Origin: Psammoneis japonica
Taxonomy: Eukaryota
Assembly: GCA_008632985.1 (NCBI GenBank)
Contig: QPGO01000285.1
Coordinates: forward strand, 1-64,000
DNA: 64,000 bases
Direction of reading: 5' to 3'
Notes under the pieces: model-generated
What the model was told of the DNA's origin: nothing
What the model saw: the letters and a program-made list of their open reading frames with translations, nothing else
Database searches by the model: none
Position numbers and translations under genes: made by a program
Shown here: piece after piece, positions 39,501 through 49,298 of the stretch
Position numbering within the stretch: the stretch's first letter is position 1
How the letters are laid out: every line of letters starts with the position of its first letter

Positions 39501-40770
39501 AAGCTGTTTGGCACTGCCGCTGGAGACGCAGGAGTTGCTCCACGCCGTCTGAACCCCAGTGGCTGCAGTTTTGTTTTCTGCTTTGAAAGAACTGGAGTGG
39601 CCGGGGAAGACCTGGGTGATTTGGAAAATCAAGATGCAGCAGCAGAGGAAAACAAATGTTCTCAATCCCCAAATGATTTTGGCTCAGATGTTGACAAGTT
39701 GGCGGCACAACAAGAATTGAGTTGTCCTGAGGATGAGAGAGGCATCCCTCCCAATGGTGCCAACAAACACTGTGACTCTGAATCACCGGACTTTGACGAC
39801 ATGACGGAATCACCTCAAGAGAGCCCAGATCTCTCAGCGCAACCAAAGAAAACAAAGGTGTTGTTTTTGTGCATGACACAGACAAATGACATTGATTCTC
39901 TGTCATTCACAAATGTGCTTGACGACATCAACGACGACTTGTTCAGTGGAAATTCCAAACTGAGATCCGACGTGACAAGGATGCTTGCCTGTTGTGACAC
40001 GGTGCTTGATGCAACCAACTGCACCATTGATTGTGAACTTTGCACAGCTTCTCTGAGCAACGGTCACAACGCCCATCACATCAACTGCAGCGCATGCAGT
40101 CCTGCATTTTGCAATGAGGTCATCACAAAGTTCGGAAGCGACTTTGAGGAAAATCAACTTGGATTGCTTTTGGCCACAAAAGGGTTGGTTGAGCGACAGA
40201 TTCAACCCACGCTTCTTCTTCGGCAGGACATTGCCTGAACTGTCAAATGCAATGAAAGTTGGCTGGCGGTGCCATCAGCATCCTTTTTGATGTTGAGACA
40301 TTTCTTTCCCATGTCTTGCACGAGGAGTCCATTGTTGAAATGCACCGCGCCCTTTTTCCGAAGGATGTGCGCGTCCTGTTGCACGAACCGCACCATTGCA
40401 GCTGTTTCGATGATGAACAGTGCAAACAAAAGCTGAGTCTAGATCATGCACACCAGGTGAACAAATGCCTGGCCGGTGTTGCAAGCAGCAAAGTTGGCCA
40501 GTCGGTTCCAGAACCTTTTTGCCTTCAAGCCGAAGAGGTTTGGAAGTGGCTGAGCAACGAAAACCACCACATCAATCTTTGCAAATGGACAGTGCCACTT
40601 CAGCTGGCATTCATTGGACACAGAAATGGCACAAAACACGTTGAGATGGCAATCGCAGTGACAACCAATGAAAAGTTGGAAAGATGGTCAGACACAAAAA
40701 CACGTGAGGCAACGAGCTGGTTCCTCACAAAGAGCAGCTCCCCGCCAATGATTGAGCCACATTGATGCAT
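36600..40770 (+). pseudogene. Large degraded multi-domain gene (>1,300 codons) of probable transposon origin
   Basis: Chain of long same-strand ORFs (36685-37062, 37078-37287, 37512-38858, 38886-39341, 39351-40238, 40259-40765) joined across TGA stops and small frameshifts; Cys clusters; methyltransferase-like segment near 40150-40290. Confidence 0.55.
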
Positions 40771-40989
40771 GTCGAGTCAAACGATCGTCCCGTTGACATG
40801 CCTCATCAAGTCACGGTTGCAGCTTTTTGCAGGTGGAGAACAGACGTGTTGCGGGGCATGCAAATGCACACCTGTGTTGTCAAAGGCTGCCAATGAGACA
40901 GATGGAAGACAAGGCAGGAGATCATGCCTTCGTCCATCCAGAGTCAAATCCAAATTTATGTTGAAGTCGTGCAACCAAAACTCCATTGC

Positions 40990-42651
40990 GCAATGATCGT
41001 TTCGACGCTCCTCAGGGTGCATCATGTGCGGATGCGAGAGAAGAGCCTCTGCAAGCTTCTGTTGCCACTTGAGGCAGCCATCCAATGGACTGTCCTTGCT
41101 GAATGCTGCTGCAGCAGAGCCGGCCCATCCAAGTGCTGGCTTGTTGAGACAGGGAACAATCTCCACATTGACTGGAGAACAAGAAAGACCAAGCTGATTG
41201 GTTTGGCAGGATGTGTTTGCAACATTGTTGGCGGGACACATGCAGAAGTGATGCACTCAACCGGCGCCACCACCATTGGATGATTTCCGTCCACAGACAA
41301 AGTCTTGTGACTTCTGGCCACCAAACATTGGCCCTTGCACAAGTCGGACACGCATGCACCGGCAAACACCACCCAAGTTTGCCATCATGAGGGGAGGCTC
41401 TGCCTGCAATGCCTTCAAATCTTCCAAGAGAAAAGACAACATGTCATGGTGAGCCTGCATGTTTGATGAACACGGGGGCTTGCCCGATTGCATGTCTTTG
41501 TTCACATTCCCGTTCTCATCAAGTGCAGCAACCGCACCATCCTTGTCTGTGCTGGGCATGAACCCCAGGTGATGCCAGGCGCAATCATGCTCACGCACAT
41601 GCCTCTTGGCAAGAAGAATGCAGAACAACCAGGTAATGAGGGGACACCTTTGACAGGCATCAGTCCCTGTCTGATCAGCGCACGAGGCGATTGGCAACAG
41701 CAAGTCCTTCTTGCAGTCAAAGTCACTGGGGAGGGCATCGCATGTGTCAGAGCACCATTTGTTGGACATGATCTCACCAAGATCACAGTCGTTGATGGGA
41801 ACGCACTTGTGGAAACGTTCCTGCAGGGACTTGTTCTCATTGAGATTGTGCTCGTTGTCAAACATCGAGTGGGCGAGCAAATCTCTCAACATGTCCAGCA
41901 CGCGGAAGCAAGTGACTTCCTGCCCACCAATGAGGCGAGTGTCAGGCTGGGGCAGAGAAACCTTCTCATGGAGTTTCTTTGCCAACAAGTCACGCCCAAG
42001 ACACTGGGAACAATCAAATTTCCGCTTCTTGCTGAACCGGCGCAACAGGGTGAGCAACTGTCCGCAGAATTTATGAGTGGCGCCGGAATTGTCACACAGT
42101 GCAATCAGCTCCAACGAGGCCTCCTCCAACAGTGCAAAGGTTGGCGGATCAGGTGCATCCCCGTGCAAGGCATCGGAGTTGGCATTGCTGGTGGTGGGGA
42201 GGACGCCAGGGGGTGGATCCTGGGGCAAAATGGATTCTTCACATGCACCCACCGGGGAAGAATGCAAAGAACCGGCAGGAGGAGTGCCAGGGAACATTTT
42301 GTAAAGAGAGGAATCATCATTGTCACCCACGTTGTCATCACAATCCTCTTCCTCCTCCTCCTCCTCCTCCTCAGATTCTTCATTGGGGGGGGGGGGGGGG
42401 GGGGGGGCGTGGGCTGCGGATTGTCCATTTGCGGGTGGGAAACTGTGTGAGTCATCATCTCCATTGAGGCCCGTGCTGGGATTTAGTGCTTTGTCATTCT
42501 CAGGTGCAGAAACGGATGACTGACAAGCAATTTGCTGCTTTCGGAACACAAGAACGGCGGCTTGCAACATCTGGCACAATCGAGTTGTGGCAGATGCACT
42601 GGGGTGGGCTGCATTGTGCAAGCGGTGGTTGCGACGGTGGGAAACAGGCAT
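40990..42651 (-). pseudogene. Plavaka-type (CMC/KDZ-related) transposase remnant, 3' truncated
   Basis: LLLPIASCADQTGTD..QRCPL..WLF.....RHVRE...AWHHLGFMP, HHDMLSFLLEDL..LQ, GGQKSQDFVCGRK..NGGGAG*.HHFCMC match my recollection of the Plavaka transposase core, with Y->C/H and R->stop changes. Confidence 0.75.
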
Positions 42652-43599
42652 GCCAAGCTAAGAGGGCCATTGGAAATGAGAAACGCAAAGATGCAGGACA
42701 AAACAATTGGGTGCTTGTTCACAACCATTTGTTGGCGTGCGTGTGTTGGATTGTTTTTTGAATCAAATTGTTGAGTGTGCACCCTGCTGACTTTTGAATG
42801 GGAGACACTTGGTGTGGTGGCAATGGCCGTTGGAGAGTTGGCCACAGGGAGGCAATTGGACATGAGGGCATGCACACATTTGGAAATTAAAGACGGCATT
42901 TTTGAATTGGGGAGAGGATCTGTTCAAATTTCAGTGCAAATGTCCAGCCAAACAAAGAAACATTGGTGAAAGACACTGTTCAGGTGAGCAGAAATTTGTG
43001 CTTGGAAATGGAGAAGGATTGCCGTCACCCACACGTGGTCCACAAGACTGGCCACATCCATCAACATGCTTGCAGCAAGTGCACATGAGCACACACCAGA
43101 AATGAAAACACAGCGGCAGCAGCAAGGACAATGGCGCATGTGGAGCAGGAGCTGAGCTCAACCGAGTGGATGGCGGATGAGGCAAAGGTGGTGGAAGACA
43201 CAGCGAAGGTGAGAGATCATGCAAAGGAAACATTGTTCCTCAGTGTGACACTCACATTTGATGAAAAGGAAATGGAGGAAATGGGCATGCTCTGCTGAGA
43301 TTATGAACAGAACTGCGGCCCCAAGATGATGCATGGCCTGCTGAACGAATTGCCCGAGGCAGAGCAAAAAACATGCCTGCACCACCTGTGGCTTGCGATG
43401 AAACAAAAAAAGATGCATCAGGAGTGGCCAGCAATTGAGAGGTTGAATGCATGCCAGGCGCAGCAGGACAAGTTCCACGGTGAGTGATGACGGAGGGTGA
43501 AACGAGGACAGCAAATGTGATTGCTGACGTCGCGTTTCCTGCCACAAATGAAGCTCTTTGTGCATGCTGCAATGAGAACAATTGCATCTTGCCATTGCC

Positions 43600-44500
43600 G
43601 GAAAGATTCCAAGATCGCTTGGGAAACCCGGTTTTGCAGATGGTGTTCTACGACCACATGCTGCGTCCGATTGTCAGAGACACACGCTGGAAAGAGTGCA
43701 TTTCCAGGAACAAGAGGATGGGCACAGCGTGCGCCGAGGCGTTTGCCCACATGCTCCTCAAGAACAACTGCGATCCATGGCATGCCAAGTGCAAGAGCCA
43801 AAACAAGGACAGGACTTTGATGACGGACTGCGATGTGGAGTTGGCTGATGATGGAGGAGGCAAGGACTTGTGCGAGATGATCATGCCAGACATCGTGACA
43901 GCCGAAGAGAGGGACGGCCAGGACCAGAGCAAGTTTGTGCCACTCCAGAAAGATCCACAAGAAGAAGAGATGTTGCAGGAGGAAGGTCCATCAGTGCAAG
44001 AACTGAAGCAGAAGTTTGAGAACACAAGGGAAGAGTCCGTCACAAAACGTGACACCATGGCCAAGAAGACAAGAGAAGAGCCAAATGCTGCACTGCAAGT
44101 GACGGCTCTGAAGAAGGCTGCAGAAGTGCTCGTTGCCATCCAAAATGATGTGGGTGCATCCAGCAAAAAGAGAAAGGTTGTCAGGAACCTCGAGCATTTC
44201 ATGGCGGCAAAGCCAAAAAACTTGGACAGAAACGTGGGACCGAGGAAGTGCAAGACACTGAGGAAGAGCAAAGGGCGGTCACCAAAGGCTGACAAGTTCT
44301 TTGTTGACATGGTCAAGGAGATCAAGCAAGATGTTGCAAGCAGACACCTGGGCCGATGGGAAGAGCTCCCACAGAGCCGTTGCGACCAAGCAAGATCAAC
44401 AGGCGGCAGAAGAAGCGTGGGACGGCTCGGACAATGAAGATGACAAACAGGTCAGTTGTGCTGAAGTGTGCGAACTGGAGTTGGTGGTGGTTTGGTCAAG
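43600..44500 (+). pseudogene. Transposon accessory ORF divergent from the Plavaka transposase
   Basis: FYDHMLRPIV...WK...EAFAHMLLKNNC..W followed by a coiled, basic tail; head-to-head with the transposase. Confidence 0.5.
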
Positions 44501-45229
44501 AGCAACTCAGCAGCCATGAATTGCAATTGCAGCCATTTGAAGTCAATTGCAGCAGAGACATGCAACAAACGGATGGGACCACGGAAAACACTGTTTGAAC
44601 ACACCAGTCAACCCATTGACTTCAACCGTAAAAATTGGAAACAAATCAAAACACAGCATTCGATCATCACCCAGTCGGCACCAACAAGAAAAGTCAAATC
44701 CAACAAAGCAGCTGGTTTGGCATCATCGACTGATTGGGTGGCACCCCACTTGCTGGGGTTGACAACTGTTTTGGAAAGTCCACGGACATTTGTTGGTTGG
44801 CGTGGACATTCATTTGTTTTCAATCATGGCCATTTGTGGCAAACAGTCGTGACTCGCATTGAATCGCTTTGGTTCATCACAAGTGAGCACATGTGCGGGC
44901 TGTCACGTGTTTTGTCACCAACAATGTCCGTTGGCATGACCACAAGACAATTCATGGAAACGGGCCTCTGACGGAGTCAGCCATGAGAAAAATGCCATGA
45001 CCATCATAGAAAATCTGGGACACCCGGCATTTTGTTGTGTTTCAAGACATGCCTGTTTGCACGAGACTCCTTTTGCAAGAACCACATGTCTTTGAGACAT
45101 TCGATGTTTGTCGAAGACAATTTTCGAGAGACACACACATTTGATGCACACACAATCAATGTTTGAAAATTCAGTGCATGCTCTTTCAATGCCAGCACAC
45201 ATTTCTGCGATGCGATTTAATTTGGCGAC

Positions 45230-45388
45230 TCTCCATTTGTCGCAGAGACAAATCTTTTTTTTGTCTCCACTTTCTGTCGGCAGAGACAAATTTTGTTAGA
45301 GACAGCCGGAGACAGATGGAGACAAGACAAATGGAGACGGAGACAAAACAGATGGAGACAACAGAGACAAATCGAAATGTGCACAGTG
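45230..45388. repeat. Subterminal GAGACA(AA) direct/inverted repeats ending in CACAGTG (probable CACTG-type transposon end)
   Basis: About 9 GAGAA/GAGACA-type motifs plus inverted TTTGTCTC, then CAGTG. Confidence 0.55.
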
Positions 45389-45592
45389 CACACACAGCAC
45401 CCACACAGATGCTGCGCCATGGAGCACATGACGATCTGCCTCCAGAGAGCAGAGAGAGAGAGCTGGCAGGCCTGCCGTGCTGCAGAGCAAAGGCTGGGTG
45501 TCGCAAGACCTTGATCCGCTCTCCATTTGGCACTGAGCCGTGATGCACGTTGCTTCAAAATGGCGCTGACATGACAGTGGGAACTGCTCCAG

Positions 45593-45915
45593 GACGTGCT
45601 CCAGTCCCAGGTGACGCACAAAATGACAATCGATTTTGAGTGCAATTTGTGTGTCTTTTAGTGTGTGCAGCATTTTTGCACAAAATGCTCAGATGGATTT
45701 TGACTTTCACAGGCTTCCAGAGCATGAACATTTGAGCAGTTTTTTGAGGGGTGTTCAAGTCCTCATGGGGCGTGCATCACAAACTTCCTCAGCAGACTCA
45801 ATGCTGATTGTGCGTCAGTGGATGTGTGCTGAGATTTCTTTGCAGGCAGAAAACCCACCAAGCAGAATCGTAGAAAACATTGTTCAGGTGACATCCAAAT
45901 GACGGCAATGTTTTC
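45593..45915. mobile_element. Partial inverted copy of the 10660-11217 element, at the domain boundary
   Basis: GACGTGCTCCAGTCCCAGGTGACGCACAAAATGACAATC... is the reverse complement of ~10895-11217. Confidence 0.85.
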
Positions 45916-46636
45916 GTAACTGGGGAGGGGTTCTTCAAATCTGAGAAAACCCGAATCCATTTTTAGCAGAATCAATGCAAATCTACACTTTTTGAGAATC
46001 TGTATTTATTTCTCCGGAATCCTTGAAAATATGTACCTATTTTGAACCAAAATCTGTGGCACAGATTTTCTGTGATAATCACGGTGCACCCCCGGGGCAA
46101 AGCCACCTGCTCAGGACACTCTAGCTAGCTAGCTTGTCAATGTTAATACAATCCTTGCCTCTACATGTTTAGAAAAGATTTGATCGGATAGAACTCAGGA
46201 ATGACACTGATGTATATTCTATAGAGTTAAACCCAAAGGTCGAACACAAAAATGGAAGGTGACAAGGAATTGATAGTTCCTCCTTTCACATGTATGCAGC
46301 GTGGGTAACAAAATCCAACGCGAATCGGATCTACCACGTGTATGAGTGGAGCTGGGTATACAAACTCACTCCGTCTTCTTTTCATTGGAATCCAGAAACG
46401 AGTACGCTTCTTTATCCGCAGAAGTGGAAAGGTGACAAAGAACTGACTGTTCCTCCTTTCAAGGTTATGAAATGTTGGTAACAATACCAATGCATCCGTT
46501 GTAAACCGAGGTCTACCACGTGCGGGTGGAGCTGGTAACAATTACTATTCCGTGCCATGGCTTCGTTGGAGCTCAAACACTCGAAACTTTTCAGTGCAAG
46601 ATAATGCCATGCGAAGGCTGACGGAGATAGTCAAAT

Positions 46637-49298
46637 TTAGAGATGAAAGTATCGACTTCGCAACCCGCCAACTTTCCCGACTTCAGTTGACGCAGAGCCG
46701 GATGCATGCCAAGACTTAGCTGGCGGCATAGCCGACACAGGCGAAGAGCCTGACGCCTGCGAAACCTTAACCGACGCTGGAGAAGAGCCTGACGCCTTGT
46801 GGGGAGGGCCAGAAGATGGCGCAGCCAGTGGTGAAGATCCTGAAGCCGACGGTGGCATTGCAGGAGAAGACCCTGAAGCCTCTGGCGGTGAGCCAGATGC
46901 ATCAGGCGAAGATCCAGAAGCTTTGGGAGGAGAGCCAGATGCCGAAGCCTTGGGCGGCGAGCCAGATGCCTCAGGCGAAGATCCAGAAGCTTTGGGTGGC
47001 GGGCCGGATGCCTTGGGCGGAGAAGCCGATGCCGAAGCCTTAGGCGGAGAGCCCGAAGCCGGCGCTGGCATGACAGGAGAAGGACCCGAAGCCTTGGGTG
47101 CCTTGGGCGCGGAGCCTGGTGCCTTGGGCGCGGAGCCTGGTGCCTTGGGCGCGGAGCCGGGTGCCTTGGGCGCGGAGCCGGGTGCCTTGGGCGCGGAGCC
47201 GGGTGCCTTGGGCGCGGAGCCCGGTGCCTTGGGGGCCGAGCCTGGGGCCTTGCTCTTGGAGCCTCCCTTGCTCTTGGAGCCTCCCTTGCTCTTGGAGCCT
47301 CCCTTGCTCTTGGAGCCTCCCTTGCTCTTGGAGCCTCCCTTGCTCTTGGAGCCTCCCTTGCTCTTGGAGCCTCCCTTGCTCTTGGAGCCTCCCTTGCTCT
47401 TGGAGCCGCCCTTGCTCTTGGAGCCGCCCTTGCTCTTGGAGCCGCCCTTGCTCTTGGAGCCGCCCTTGCTCTTGGAGCCTCCCTTGCTCTTGGAGCCGCC
47501 CTTGCCCTTGCCCTTCGTTGGCGCAGGAGTAGGCTCTGGCGTCGGCTCAGGCGTCGGCTCAGGGGTAGGAGCTGGCGTAGGAGCTGGCGTAGGTTCCGGA
47601 GTAGGTTCCGGCGTGGTGCGGCGTTGGTGCAGGGTTGGTGCAGGCGTTGGTGCAGGCGTTGGTGCAGGGGTTGGTGCAGGCGTTGGCGCAGGCGTTGGTG
47701 CAGGCGTTGGTGCAGGCGTTGGTGCAGGGGTTGGTGCCGGGGTAGGTTCGGGCGTTGGAGCCGGGGTTCGACTCTTGCTCTTCGAGGATGACTTGCTCTT
47801 CGGAGGATGACTTGCTCTTCGAGGATGACTTGCTCTTCGAGGACGGTGATGGCGGCTTCGGCGATGGCGACGGTGGCTTCGGTGCTTTTGTTGGAGCAGG
47901 TGTTGGCGCATCCGTCGCAGGCGCATCTGTCACAGGAGCAGGTGTTGGCGCATCCGTTGCGGGGACAGGTGTTGGCGCATCCGTGCGGGGCAGGTGTTGG
48001 CGCATCCGTCGCAGGAGCAGGTGGTGACGGGGGCTTGGGCGAAGGCGATGGGGGCTTGGGCGAAGGCGACGGGGGCTTGGGCGAAGGCGATGGGGGCTTG
48101 GGCGATGGCGACGGGGGCTTTGGAGGACAAGGACCCGGTGACGGCGGCTTCGGTGACGGCGACGGGGGCTTCGGTGCCTTCGTTGGGGACTCAGTGGCCG
48201 GAGGCGGCGCCGCAGAAGGAGACGCAGTTGCCGGAGGCGGTGTCGAAGGCGGCGGGGGCTTTGGCGAAGGCGATGGCGGCTTTGGCGACGGCGACGGTGG
48301 CTTCGGTGCTTTTGTTGGAGATGCAGTTGCCGGAGGCGGTGTCGAAGGCGGCGGGGGCTTTGGTGAAGGCGATGGCGGCTTTGGCGACGGCGACGGGGGC
48401 TTCGGCGCTTTCGTTGGGCAGGGAGTTGCTTTCTTTGTTGGCGCAAAAGTCGGAGCCGGGGTCGGGTACTTCGTGGCTGGCGCCTTCGTTGGGTACGGGC
48501 TAGTCGGCGCCTTCGTTGGGTACGGGCTAGTTGGAGCCTTCGTTGGGTACGGGCTAGTTGGAGTCTTTGTTGGGTACGGCGTCCCAACCGGTTCCGGTTC
48601 AAGTGTCGGAACAACAGTAGGCTCGAACGTGACAACGGGTTCCGGTGCTGTAGGGCTCAACGTGACAACGGGTTCCGGTGCTGATGGAGCTGGTGTCGGA
48701 GGCGGCGACGGGAACGGAGTCGGAGGAGGAGATGGTTGGCGCGTAGGCGGTGGGGGTGCTGTCGTTGGGCTCAACGTGACAACGGGTTCCGGTTCTGTCG
48801 GTGCGGGTGTTGGAGGCGGTGTTGGTGGCGGTGTTGGTCCTGCGGTGGGGCTCAACGTGACAACGGGTTCCGGTTCTGTCGGTGCGGGTGTTGGAGGCGG
48901 TGTTGGAGGCGGTGTTGGCGGCGGCGTTGGTCCTGCGGTGGGGCTCAACGTGGTCACGGGCTCCGGTTCGGTCGGTGCGGGTGTCGGAGGCGGCGTTGGC
49001 GGCGGCGTTGGCGGCGGAGTCGGAGGCGGTGTTGGTGCTGCGGTGGGGCTCAACGTGACAACGGGCTCCGGTGTCGTCGGCGCCGGCGTTGGGAACTTGA
49101 AAACAATCCCTGGCTCTTCGTAGGCGCACAGGTGGTGTCATCTATAAGAAGATCTCTGTCCTCTTTGCGGAGATAAGGTCGTCCCGTTGTACGCTCTAAC
49201 ACCTCAGACGCACGACGAAGGATTTTACTGAAGAAACGATCATCCGCTGCCGCGTGTGGAGCTACCGAGAGCAGCAGCAGCAATGTTGCGAGACGCAT
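46637..49298 (-). CDS. Secreted Pro/Thr- and Lys/Ser-rich repetitive protein (mucin/silaffin-like cell wall or adhesive protein); several apparent frameshifts
   Basis: Signal peptide [18 protein letters not shown]; repeats [26 protein letters not shown], ~14x [20 protein letters not shown]; reading frame shifts near 49110, 47990, 47805 and 47630. Confidence 0.8.

Larger units (their letters stand above)
1..45900. other. TpA-depleted, repeat/transposon-only domain (heterochromatin-like block)
   Basis: I saw no TA dinucleotide before position 1399, and TAs are rare throughout. Only about a dozen Tyr residues occur in the several hundred ORFs of the track up to 45.9 kb, and overlapping ORFs fill all six frames because TAA/TAG are missing. 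No intact host gene is recognisable. TA content becomes normal over ~45,870-46,130. Confidence 0.95.

Noticed and set aside
42340..42410. Poly-G and (CCT)n tract as a regulatory G-quadruplex
   Set aside because: Explained as poly-Pro/poly-Glu coding sequence in the transposase N-terminus; the run length may be an assembly error.
1..45900. Hundreds of overlapping Cys/His/Trp-rich ORFs in all six frames as real genes
   Set aside because: They are a by-product of missing TAA/TAG stops; recognisable ones are broken transposon proteins.
1..45900. Alternative genetic code or a Tyr-avoiding organism/contaminant
   Set aside because: TpA loss also affects non-coding LTRs, MITEs and satellites in every frame, and contiguous host genes use Tyr, TAA and TAG normally.
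1..45900. Classical RIP or plain CpG deamination as sole explanation
   Set aside because: RIP increases TpA; CpG decay cannot turn TAY into TGY/CAY. CpG decay is present but insufficient.
46797..49123. Plus-strand Gly-rich ORFs
   Set aside because: Antisense shadows of the Pro-rich minus-strand gene, which has the signal peptide.
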